A DNA stretch of 64,000 bases, taken from NCBI GenBank assembly GCA_031400975.1, contig JANNQX010000145.1:7754-71753 (forward strand), written 5' to 3'. A program made the translations under genes and the position numbers. The stretch comes from Gemmatimonadota bacterium. GTDB lineage: Bacteria > Gemmatimonadota > Gemmatimonadetes > Gemmatimonadales > GWC2-71-9. Shown here in pieces: positions 40,590-48,452 of the stretch (position 1 is its first letter; every line of letters starts with the position of its first letter). A model generated the notes under the pieces. That model did no database searches and had not been told where the DNA came from. It saw nothing but the letters and a program-made list of their open reading frames with translations.

Positions 40590-42278
40590 TCAGTCCACGA
40601 TTTCTAGATCTAGGGCGTCCACTGCCACGTCAAGCACCGCGTCTTTAGCTCTGAACTCACGTAACTTATCAGCTTTCAAGTCCTTATTCGACAGTCGCTT
40701 AGATTTTTCGACCCTGGGTGTTGCGGCTCCGGGATCAAGAACCGAAATCACCACGGAATGCCCGAGGACAGAACTCACCAGCTCCTCCAGCGCACCCAGT
40801 TGCCGCTTCGCGCCCTCAGCCATGTGAATTGCGCTCTCGTCCGGGGCCACGGAAAGCTGGTTGCCGCTCAAGCCGACCGGCCTGAGGTGCTCCATAACGG
40901 TAGCCAACAACGGGCTGGTGTCCTTCGCCTGGGCCACCACATCGAGCCAGGCCCCGGCGATCGATTCGAGAGTGAGGGCCCTCGCCCCAATCGGCCGAGC
41001 CGGGGCCGAATGGGCTGCTTGGACAAGCGGCAGAGCCGGACCACTCGGGGCAGCTGGGGCTTTGTCCGCAGCCGGGAGCGGCGCCTCGAGCCTAGGCGCC
41101 CGAACCGCTCCGACTGCCACGGCCGCCCGAGGAACCGACCGTCCGACTCCGCCGAGCACGGCCTCCAGGTCAACCGTTCGGTCCATTAGGGCCCACCGAA
41201 GCAACAAGGTCTCCACCACCAGCCGGGGGTTGGAACTGCGCCGAATCGACGTCTCCACCTGGCTCAGCAACCCTAACATCCGGAGCACGTCGCCGGCGGC
41301 CAGCTGCTCGGCGGCGAGGTTCACGGCCTCCCGCTGAACCCCGGTCAGCCCCTCAGGTACCGCACCGGTGGCGACCATCAGGACCGAGCGCAGCAACTCC
41401 GCCATTCCGTTGGCGAACTCCACCAGGTCAGTCCCGCCGGCTAGCAACCGATCGACGACGGGAAAGATCGCCGCGGCGTCCTTCCGAGCCACCGCCCCGA
41501 GGACCTCGGCATAGACATCGTCGCCAGTCAGACCGAGGGCCTGGCGAACCCGATCGGCCGTGAGCGTCCCATCTGACAAGCTGAGAGCCTGGTCTAACAC
41601 CGACAATGCGTCCCGCATTCCCCCATCGGCGTACCGGGCAATAACCGCGATCGCGTCGTCATCCGCCAAAAGGCCCTCCGCCGCCAGCACCTGTTTCAGT
41701 CGGTCGCGAATCGCGGCCGCACCAATCCGTTTGAAATCGAATCGCTGGAGCCGGGACAGCACCGGGGCGGCGTTGTTGGCGATTTTTTGGGGTTCCGTCG
41801 TCGCGAAAACGAAGACCACCCGCGGGGGCGGCTCCTCCAGGATCTTGAGGAGCGCGTTCCAAGCCTCCCGGGTGAGCATATGGGCTTCGTCAACGATGTA
41901 GACCTTATAGCGATCTTCCTGGGACGCCGCATACATCGCCCGCTCGCGAAGGTCGCGGGCGTCGTCGACCCCGCGGTTGCTGGCCGCGTCAAGCTCGATG
42001 ACATCGAGATTGGCCGACCCGCTCCAAACCCGCTGGCAGGTGTCACACTCACCGCACGGCTCACCGGTCCTGGCCTTCTGATCCTGGCGCTCGCAATTGA
42101 GGGCCATCGCCAGGATCCGGGCGGCCGTGGTCTTGCCGACCCCCCGGGGTCCGGTTAGGAGGTAGCCGTGCCCCACTCGCCCCTTCGAGATCGCCCCCCG
42201 CAAAGCGGCCGCCACGTGATCCTGCACGAGAAGGTCGGCAAAACGGCGGGGTCGGTACTTCCGGGCGAGGGCAATCAC
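40590..42278 (-). CDS. dnaX: DNA polymerase III subunit gamma/tau
   Basis: GTG at 42278 gives (M)IALARKYRPRRFADLLVQDHV, followed by Walker A GPRGVGKTT, a zinc module CGECDTCQ and DEAHMLT. The ORF track's extra 38 N-terminal codons are translated repeat sequence. Confidence 0.9.
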   Translation of the reverse strand: MIALARKYRPRRFADLLVQDHVAAALRGAISKGRVGHGYLLTGPRGVGKTTAARILAMALNCERQDQKARTGEPCGECDTCQRVWSGSANLDVIELDAASNRGVDDARDLRERAMYAASQEDRYKVYIVDEAHMLTREAWNALLKILEEPPPRVVFVFATTEPQKIANNAAPVLSRLQRFDFKRIGAAAIRDRLKQVLAAEGLLADDDAIAVIARYADGGMRDALSVLDQALSLSDGTLTADRVRQALGLTGDDVYAEVLGAVARKDAAAIFPVVDRLLAGGTDLVEFANGMAELLRSVLMVATGAVPEGLTGVQREAVNLAAEQLAAGDVLRMLGLLSQVETSIRRSSNPRLVVETLLLRWALMDRTVDLEAVLGGVGRSVPRAAVAVGAVRAPRLEAPLPAADKAPAAPSGPALPLVQAAHSAPARPIGARALTLESIAGAWLDVVAQAKDTSPLLATVMEHLRPVGLSGNQLSVAPDESAIHMAEGAKRQLGALEELVSSVLGHSVVISVLDPGAATPRVEKSKRLSNKDLKADKLREFRAKDAVLDVAVDALDLEIVD

Positions 42279-42291
42279 GGCAACAAGATAA

Positions 42292-42326
42292 TCTCGGCGC
42301 TCGGCGCTCGGCACTCGGCACTCGGG
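42292..42326. repeat. heptamer array, 5 x RCTCGGC (left arm of an inverted pair)
   Basis: tctcggc gctcggc gctcggc actcggc actcggg, read directly. On the minus strand it is followed by ATTATCTT and then the dnaX GTG. Confidence 0.9.
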
Positions 42327-42385
42327 TTGATGTTCGGTTGACGGTGGGGTGGTAGGGTGGATCGTCTCGGCGCAGGAGCCGGCTT

Positions 42386-42742
42386 GTGGCAATTCGGAGT
42401 TATCGGGACTTGATGGTTTGGCAGCTGAGTATGGAGCTCGCTCGGGCGGTGCATTCGACGACGGGGCGGTGGGCGCTGACGGAGGTGCTGGGAAGGGAAC
42501 TGCGCCGAACCTCGATCTCGATCCCCTCGAATATCGCCGAGGGCTACGGCCGGGGCAGCACCCGGGAATATCTCCAATACCTCAGAATCGCGATGGGCTC
42601 AGTGGCCGAACTCGACACCCAGCTCCGCCTGGCCGCCATGATGAACCTGCTCTCGGCCACCGAATCGACCACCCTCCTCGAATCGATCGACCACATCGGC
42701 CGCAAACTCAACCGCCTCCGCCAAGCCCTCCACCCCCGCTAA
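42386..42742 (+). CDS. four-helix-bundle protein (23S rRNA intervening-sequence protein / Avd family)
   Basis: 118 aa. (M)AIRSYRDLMVWQLSMELARAV ... SIPSNIAEGYGRGSTREYLQYLRIAMGSVAELDTQL is the family signature. AGGAG lies 7 nt upstream of the GTG. Confidence 0.85.
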   Translation: MAIRSYRDLMVWQLSMELARAVHSTTGRWALTEVLGRELRRTSISIPSNIAEGYGRGSTREYLQYLRIAMGSVAELDTQLRLAAMMNLLSATESTTLLESIDHIGRKLNRLRQALHPR

Positions 42743-42743
42743 C

Positions 42744-42800
42744 GCCGAGCACCGAGCCGCCGAGTGCCGAGCGCCGAGTGCCGAGTGCCGAGTGCCGAGA
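42744..42800. repeat. heptamer array, ~8 x GCCGAGY (right arm of an inverted pair)
   Basis: gccgagc accgagc (c) gccgagt gccgagc gccgagt gccgagt gccgagt gccgaga. It begins 1 nt after the four-helix-bundle gene stop. Confidence 0.9.
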
Positions 42801-42904
42801 AACGCCCCAGGCACCCCGAAGCAATACTGGACATCGCTTAGCGCTGCTACCGGCAAGGTCCTGACGCGGTTCGCGCGCCAGCATCCTTCGGACCTGGGGC
42901 CCCC
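42801..42904 (-). ncRNA. ffs: signal recognition particle RNA (small/4.5S type), hand-predicted
   Basis: The reverse strand reads GGGGGCCCCAGGUCCGAAGGAUGCUGG...GUCAGGACCUUGCCGGUAGCAGCGCUAAG...CCAGUAUUGCUUCGGGGUGCCUGGGGCG. Long terminal helix (GCCCCAGG/CCUGGGGC, CCGAAG/CUUCGG, GAUGCUGG/CCAGUAUU). Domain IV core GUCAGG-ACC-loop-GGU-AGCAGC-..UAAG matches the GUCAGGUCCGGAAGGAAGCAGC.UUAAG core of known SRP RNAs (from memory). The position upstream of dnaX is the classic synteny. The ends are approximate. Confidence 0.65.
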
Positions 42905-42908
42905 CAAA

Positions 42909-43883
42909 CTACCCCACCCCGCCCCCCGGAGCCACCCCCCCACCCCCGCCGAGTGCCGAGCGCCGAGCCCCGAGCGCCGAGTACTGCATCTCCCGAAGCT
43001 CCCAGGTTTCCGCCACCACGCCGCCCAGCAGGAAGACCAAGGACGAGTAATACATCCAGAGCACGAAGAGAATCGCCGACCCCGCATCGACGTCGACCGA
43101 AACGCTCTGGTAGATCCGGTTGCGGATGTAGAGACCGAACAACCGCTTGGCCGCCTCAAACAGGACGGCTGAAAACAGCGACGCCACCAAGGCGGCTCGC
43201 CACGGAATTCGGCGCATGGCCGCGAAATGATAGACCGAAAAGAACAGACTCACCAGAAACCCAAACGCCACGACCTGGCCCACCAGTTGCCCCGCGGTGG
43301 ACAGCAGAAACCCGAATTGGGGAGCCAGCGCAAGGCCACGAGCCTCGAGAAGGGCAAGGCCGGTCGTCAGTCCCGTGTTGGCCAGAAACAAGAGGAGAGT
43401 CAGCCCGACCATCCGGAGGTCGCGAAGCTTGCCGAGGAGGTATCCAACCACGAAGTGCCGGCGGACCGGCCGGACGTGGACGTCGTAGATCTCGTTGAGG
43501 GAGGTGCGGGCCGAGGCAAACAGCCGGGTACTGAACCAGAGGAAGGCCGGCACCACTACCACCGACAGCTCTCGGGCCGCGAGCACCAACCGGCCGAGGA
43601 ACTCTTCGACCGCCGCAAAGGGGTCCTGGCCGGCGGTCGTATCATGCGGAGGGAAGAACCGCTCCACGAAGTCGGCCGCACTCACCGGCGTCGCGCCCGC
43701 CCAGTCGACCAGCAGGGAGACCCCTGCGAGCACCAGAAGGAACAACGGGATCGCGGCGAGCAACGCATCGAACGTGAGCGCACTCGCTAGAAACGGGATC
43801 CGATTTTCATCGGCGGCTTGGAGAGTCCGCCGGACAAACCCGCCAAACGAGCGGTACCACCCGCCGAGGCGAGCCTCGATCAG
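42909..43883 (-). CDS. YihY/BrkB (virulence factor BrkB / 'RNase BN-like') family inner-membrane protein
   Basis: Multi-TM protein. The conserved N-terminal region ...RIPFLASALTFDALLAAIPLFLLVL lies upstream of the ORF track's TTG (43763), and the only in-frame start-like codon after the upstream stop is CTG 43883. The C-terminal ~25 aa are encoded by heptamer array D plus a G-rich run. Confidence 0.7.
   Translation of the reverse strand: MIEARLGGWYRSFGGFVRRTLQAADENRIPFLASALTFDALLAAIPLFLLVLAGVSLLVDWAGATPVSAADFVERFFPPHDTTAGQDPFAAVEEFLGRLVLAARELSVVVVPAFLWFSTRLFASARTSLNEIYDVHVRPVRRHFVVGYLLGKLRDLRMVGLTLLLFLANTGLTTGLALLEARGLALAPQFGFLLSTAGQLVGQVVAFGFLVSLFFSVYHFAAMRRIPWRAALVASLFSAVLFEAAKRLFGLYIRNRIYQSVSVDVDAGSAILFVLWMYYSSLVFLLGGVVAETWELREMQYSALGARRSALGGGGGVAPGGGVG
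42948..42982. repeat. heptamer array, 5 x GCCGAGY
   Basis: gccgagt gccgagc gccgagc cccgagc gccgagt, lying inside the 3' end of the yihY-like ORF (antisense orientation). Confidence 0.9.
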
Positions 43884-44257
43884 GCGACCGGCTCCTCATC
43901 TTGCTCGACGGGGCCGCGGCGGCGAGCCCGGGCCGCTTCCAGGCGCCGTTCCAATTCCTCTCGGGCCCCCACCATGCTGGGCCGCGGCGGAGGCGGCGGC
44001 GCGGCCCGGTCGGCCGCCTGGTCGGAGACCCCGCCGTCATCGCGACCGAATTCGAGCTTGAGTTCGTCCAAGGTTTCGTCGGCCAGCTCCCGAACCCCGC
44101 GGATCCCACGCCCCAGTTCACGGCGCAGCTCCTTCCCCGTCTTCGGGGCGAAGAGAAGCGCCAGTCCGGCGCCTAACGCCGCCCCAAGGACCAACCACTT
44201 CATCCCCCCGCCGCCATCTCGCTCCACCACGATCACGTCCCGCTGGTCTCGTCCCAT
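43880..44257 (-). CDS. YtxH domain protein
   Basis: MKWLVLGAALGAGLALLFAPKTGKELRRELGRG is the YtxH signature. The start is either ATG 44257 or ATG 44203. Confidence 0.7.
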   Translation of the reverse strand: MGRDQRDVIVVERDGGGGMKWLVLGAALGAGLALLFAPKTGKELRRELGRGIRGVRELADETLDELKLEFGRDDGGVSDQAADRAAPPPPPRPSMVGAREELERRLEAARARRRGPVEQDEEPVA

Positions 44258-44258
44258 G

Positions 44259-45677
44259 CTATTCTCCCGCCTCGGCGTCATCAATGGCCCGCACCGCCGG
44301 TTTCGCCAGATCGGCGTGACGGAGCGGAACCGCCTTCACATGCCGGCGTACCAGGTCGGCCGTGCCGTTGACGCCGAGCTGAGTGAACAGAAAACTGAAC
44401 ATCTTCTCCAGATCAGCCGCGATCGCCCCCCGGACCGGCTCCGGCAAGTCCCAGCATTCCTTCTTGAAAGGCCCGATCGCTTTCTTGCGGGCCCGGTAAT
44501 AGAACTGCTCCGGCGTATCGTTCGGCTTCTTTTCGCTCGTGGCCTGCTGGTCGAGCCACGCGTACGCCCGTTGCCGGAGGTCGGCCGGCAACGCCGGATG
44601 ATCAAACACCATACTCTGAAAGTTGGTCGCGAGGTGGATCTCGGCCGTTTCGATCCGAGGAAAGTTCCCGAAGGCGTCCTGTGGCAGCGTGCTGGCACCG
44701 TGCTGAACCGCCCCGGCCATTCCGTAGGGCCGGGCCGCCCGCGACAACGCCTCGAGCGCGGCCAAGTCGAGGTTCACGTCCGCCATCGAGCCGTCCGGTA
44801 ACACCACCCCCCCATGCGAGGTACCCGTCTGCACCGAAATCTTGCTGATGCCCGTCATCGATTTCCCGAGACCGGCCAGGGTCCGAATGTAGCCCTGCAT
44901 GAACGCGTGAAGTTCCTCGACCGTGCTGTTCTTGTGCCCGACTTCGCCGATTTCCGCGCCGACCGACACCGTGACCCCTTTGGGCTCGAGCGCTCGAATG
45001 AACCCGGTGATTTCGGCCGCGCGGACGTAGTTGGCCCGCTGTTGCTCGTCGAGGGTGGGTTGGGAAAGATCCACCAGCGTCGACGTGTCGACGTCGATAT
45101 TGAAGAACCCGGCCCCGACCTCCTCGGCGATCAATTTCTTGACCTCGCCGACCTCGCCCTCGGGATCGGTTTGGTACTTCTTGACGTTGACCTGACAGTG
45201 ATCGCCCTGAATGAACAACGGCAACCGATAGCCTTCGCGGAGGGCGGCCCCAATCATCACCGCGACATATTCGGCCGGCCGCTGCTCCGTATAGGCAATT
45301 TCCGACCGAGCAATCTCCAAGAGGATCGCCCCGCCATCGGCCTTGATCGCGGCTCGAAACACGGCCCGGGCGGTGTCATACGCAATCATCCGCACGTTGA
45401 TGGCCGGTACCGTGAAGCCACCGCACTCACCCCGGCCGCGGGCGGTGTACAGGTCGTGGATTGAGGCCGGCATCACCCCGACCGCCTGCCCTACTTCCCA
45501 CAGGAGCCAACGCGCCGCTTCTTGCTCGACAGGCGTCCCAAAGACCGCTTGCCGGACCACCAAGTCGGTCGCCGCGGACGCCAGTCTGGCCGGATTGGCC
45601 ACCGTCACTCCGGCATCCGAAACCGTGACCGCCGCCCCGTAGGGGCTCGCTGCCTTTTGCCGCTGCTCGAGAGTCAT
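44259..45677 (-). CDS. fba: class II fructose/ketose-bisphosphate aldolase (long form)
   Basis: 472 aa with FTVPAINV, LFIQGDHCQV, GAEIGEVGHKNST and QTGTSHGG, typical of class II aldolases. Confidence 0.75.
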   Translation of the reverse strand: MTLEQRQKAASPYGAAVTVSDAGVTVANPARLASAATDLVVRQAVFGTPVEQEAARWLLWEVGQAVGVMPASIHDLYTARGRGECGGFTVPAINVRMIAYDTARAVFRAAIKADGGAILLEIARSEIAYTEQRPAEYVAVMIGAALREGYRLPLFIQGDHCQVNVKKYQTDPEGEVGEVKKLIAEEVGAGFFNIDVDTSTLVDLSQPTLDEQQRANYVRAAEITGFIRALEPKGVTVSVGAEIGEVGHKNSTVEELHAFMQGYIRTLAGLGKSMTGISKISVQTGTSHGGVVLPDGSMADVNLDLAALEALSRAARPYGMAGAVQHGASTLPQDAFGNFPRIETAEIHLATNFQSMVFDHPALPADLRQRAYAWLDQQATSEKKPNDTPEQFYYRARKKAIGPFKKECWDLPEPVRGAIAADLEKMFSFLFTQLGVNGTADLVRRHVKAVPLRHADLAKPAVRAIDDAEAGE

Positions 45678-45806
45678 CGTGTGAGTCCGTAAGTGGTATT
45701 CTATTCAACAATTTACCCTTGCACCCGATGGCAGGTAAGCCCGGGCGCCGTTTGCCACGATCTCGGATCTTTTCAGCCGAGCCAAAAAGTCAAGAGACTC
45801 GTCGTT

Positions 45807-45831
45807 GTCCACATAACGTCGTTATGTGCAC
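45807..45831. promoter_or_regulatory. palindromic operator-like site GtcCACATAACG-T-CGTTATGTGcaC in the fba/pyk divergent region
   Basis: Perfect 9+9 bp inverted repeat (45810-45828) with two more pairs after one mismatch. The half-site CCACATAAC recurs at 45967-45975 and ATCCACATGG at 46107-46116. Confidence 0.5.
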
Positions 45832-46039
45832 GGTTTGTGGAGCGAGGATGAAAAGAAGGCCGGTTCTGTGGATTCGGCCGACGGGGCCGATCCCATTACA
45901 CTCGAACGGTTTGAACGACGCGAGCCCGGGCCGCTATGGGGGCCCAATGTGGAGAAAGCCGCCAATCCACATAACTGTATAGGGAATTTCTCCCTCTAAA
46001 TCTGGCCGAAAAATCCCAACTCAGTTTGTGGACAGCCGG

Positions 46040-46068
46040 TTGGCATCGATTGCATATGTCATTATGAT
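46040..46068 (+). promoter_or_regulatory. candidate sigma70-type promoter for pyk (TTGGCA-N17-TATGAT)
   Basis: Read directly in the AT-richest patch of the 547-bp intergenic region, ~155 nt upstream of the pyk GTG. Confidence 0.4.
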
Positions 46069-46224
46069 ATAAGCTCTTACAATCAACAGTTGTGTCGATT
46101 GCGAGTATCCACATGGCAGCCAATCCGCCGACCCATTGGGACGGTAAAATTTGAGCCGATAATTGGGATGCCCGCGCCCACCAGCTCCGGGGGCCAGGCC
46201 TGACCATTCGACTAGAGGTTTCGA

Positions 46225-47661
46225 GTGCCGAGAGAGAACCGCCGCACCAAAATCGTAGCCACCCTGGGACCCGCCTGGGAACATCCCGAACAGATGCGGG
46301 CAATGCTGGATGCCGGCGTTGACGTCGTCCGGGTGAATTCGTCCCACGGCACTCCGGAAATTCGGTCGCGCTGGATCACCGATCTCAAAGTGGTTCAAGC
46401 CAAGCGCGACAAGGCCTCCGCGATCCTCGTCGACCTTCAGGGGCCTCGGATCCGGATCGGCGATCTTGCCGAGCCGGTCCAGCTGACCCAGGGCCAAACG
46501 GTCGTCTTTGCCCCCGAGGAGCTGGCGTCTGACCAAGAGATTCCGACCACTTATCGCGAGCTGGCCCACGACGTCCGGCCCGGGACCCGCATTCTCCTCG
46601 ATGACGGGCTGCTCGCGCTCGACGTGACCAGCGTCATCGGCGACAAGGTCCACGCGTCGGTTCGCTACGGCGGCATCCTCAAATCGAATAAAGGCATGAA
46701 CCTGCCTGGGGTCGAAGTGTCCGCACCGGCCTTGACCGAGAAGGACCGCGAGGATGCCCTCCGCGCCGCCGAACTCGGCGCCGACTATCTCGGGATGAGC
46801 TTCGTTCGCCGGCCCCAGGATATCGAAGGGCTTCGCCGGCTGGTGCCGAAACACGTCAAACTCATTGCGAAGATCGAGAAAGACACCGCCATCGAACACC
46901 TCGCCGGCATCCTCGATGCGGCCGACGGCATTATGGTCGCCCGCGGCGATCTCGGGGTGGAGCTCCCCTTCGAACAAGTGCCTCTGGTCCAAAAGAAGTT
47001 GATTCGGGAGGCCAACCGTCACGGGAAGCCGGTCATCACCGCCACCCAGATGCTTGAGTCGATGATCAAGGCCCCCCGCCCGACCCGGGCCGAGGTCTCG
47101 GACGTGGCCAATGCCATTCTCGACGGCACCGATGCGGTGATGCTCTCGGCGGAAACCGCGGTCGGCGGGTATTCCCTGGAGGCCGTCTTGGCGATGGACC
47201 AGATTGCCCGCGAGGTCGAGAGCCACCGGCACGACGGCGACGACCATGCCTCCGTCTGGCGAGCCTCGGTGGCCCAGCTGAACCAGCCCCACGTCACCGC
47301 CCGGACCGAGGACGCCATCGCCGTGGCGGTTTGCGCGGCGGCCGAGTTGCTCAAGGTGCCCTTGATCGTCTGCCTAACGAGCAGTGGGTTCACCGCCCGG
47401 ACCATTGCGTCATACCGGCCGGCCACCCCCATTTTGGCGGTCACGCCCGAGCTCGACACCTACCGGCGGCTCGCCTTGATCTGGGGCGTCGTACCAGCCG
47501 TCGTCGAGCGCCGTCCGGACTACGAAGCTATGCTCACGGTGACCCGCGAGATCATCATCAAGAAAGGCCTGGCCTGGCCCGGCGACCGCTTTGTGGTGAC
47601 AGCCGGAGTCCCGTTCGATCTGGCCGGGACGACGAACCTGCTCCGTATCGAGATGGTGTAG
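46225..47661 (+). CDS. pyk: pyruvate kinase
   Basis: RRTKIVATLGPA ... VDVVRVNSSHG ... MVARGDLGVELP ... TATQMLESM. Confidence 0.95.
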   Translation: MPRENRRTKIVATLGPAWEHPEQMRAMLDAGVDVVRVNSSHGTPEIRSRWITDLKVVQAKRDKASAILVDLQGPRIRIGDLAEPVQLTQGQTVVFAPEELASDQEIPTTYRELAHDVRPGTRILLDDGLLALDVTSVIGDKVHASVRYGGILKSNKGMNLPGVEVSAPALTEKDREDALRAAELGADYLGMSFVRRPQDIEGLRRLVPKHVKLIAKIEKDTAIEHLAGILDAADGIMVARGDLGVELPFEQVPLVQKKLIREANRHGKPVITATQMLESMIKAPRPTRAEVSDVANAILDGTDAVMLSAETAVGGYSLEAVLAMDQIAREVESHRHDGDDHASVWRASVAQLNQPHVTARTEDAIAVAVCAAAELLKVPLIVCLTSSGFTARTIASYRPATPILAVTPELDTYRRLALIWGVVPAVVERRPDYEAMLTVTREIIIKKGLAWPGDRFVVTAGVPFDLAGTTNLLRIEMV

Positions 47662-47672
47662 CCCAGGCATCG

Positions 47673-48452
47673 ATGCGGCTGACGCTGCTTGGGACCGGCA
47701 CCTCCTTTGGAGTCCCCCAGATCGGGTGCGACTGCGCCGTCTGTCGCTCAGCGGATCCGCGCGACCGGCGGTACCGAACCGCCGGTTTGATCGAAACCGC
47801 CGGCGGAAACATCCTGATCGATACCCCCCCGGAAATTCGGGTCGAGCTGCTCGCCGCCCAAGTCCCCGACCTCGCGGCCGTGCTCTTCACGCACGAGCAC
47901 GCCGACCACGTGGCTGGGATCGACGATCTCCGGATCTTCTCCCTCAAGCGTCGGGCCCCACTTCCCGTCTACGCCAACCGGGCCACCGGCGACTTCCTCA
48001 AGGCCTCGTACCGCTACATCTTCGACGACGGGATGGTCCCGGTTCCCGGCACGTCCAAACCACGACTCGCGCTCGAAACGATCACGCCGCAAAAGCCGTT
48101 TATCGCGGCCGGGGCTGAAATCTTGCCCCTCGCATTTGCCCATGGGAATACCGAGGTCCTCGGATTCCGGATCGGCAGGCTGGCCTATCTCACCGACGTG
48201 AAAACAGTTCCCCCCGAAGCTCGGGCGTTCCTGGCCGGTCTCGACGTGTTGGTACTCAACGCGTTGTGGTGGCGAGAGCACCCGACCCATCAGAGTATAC
48301 CCGAGGCCGTTCGGGCCGCCGAAGCCATCGGCGCCAAACGGACCTACCTCACCCACTTGACTCACGAAACCGGACACGCCGAGCTCGCCGCGTCACTCCC
48401 GAGCGGCATCGAGCCGGGCTATGACGGACTCACGCTGGAGATCGCCCCATGA
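47673..48452 (+). CDS. MBL-fold metallo-hydrolase (PhnP/YycJ-like)
   Basis: ATG at 47673 inside ORF 47331... MRLTLLGTGTSFGVPQIGCDCAVC and THEHADHVAGIDDL (HxHxDH). Confidence 0.8.
   Translation: MRLTLLGTGTSFGVPQIGCDCAVCRSADPRDRRYRTAGLIETAGGNILIDTPPEIRVELLAAQVPDLAAVLFTHEHADHVAGIDDLRIFSLKRRAPLPVYANRATGDFLKASYRYIFDDGMVPVPGTSKPRLALETITPQKPFIAAGAEILPLAFAHGNTEVLGFRIGRLAYLTDVKTVPPEARAFLAGLDVLVLNALWWREHPTHQSIPEAVRAAEAIGAKRTYLTHLTHETGHAELAASLPSGIEPGYDGLTLEIAP

Noticed and set aside
40590-42278. Programmed ribosomal frameshift site in dnaX (gamma/tau)
   Set aside because: No A-rich slippery heptamer (A AAA AAG-type) was seen in the coding sequence. This cannot be excluded without a formal scan.
42386-42742. 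Four-helix-bundle gene as the Avd component of a diversity-generating retroelement
   Set aside because: No reverse transcriptase gene and no template/variable repeat pair is visible within the flanking kilobases. The neighbours are ffs, dnaX and a yihY-like gene.
45862-45885. GGTTCTGTGGATTCGGCCGACGGGG, reminiscent of the tmRNA 5' end (GGGGCUGAUUCUGGAUUCGACGGG)
   Set aside because: There is an insertion in the motif, no downstream tag-peptide ORF with a resume codon context, and no T-arm/CCA-proximal GGTTCGAnTCC element within the intergenic region.
45719-45982. 87-aa ORF in the fba-pyk intergenic region
   Set aside because: It has poor codon bias, no RBS and overlaps the palindromic sites. 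It is more likely regulatory DNA.
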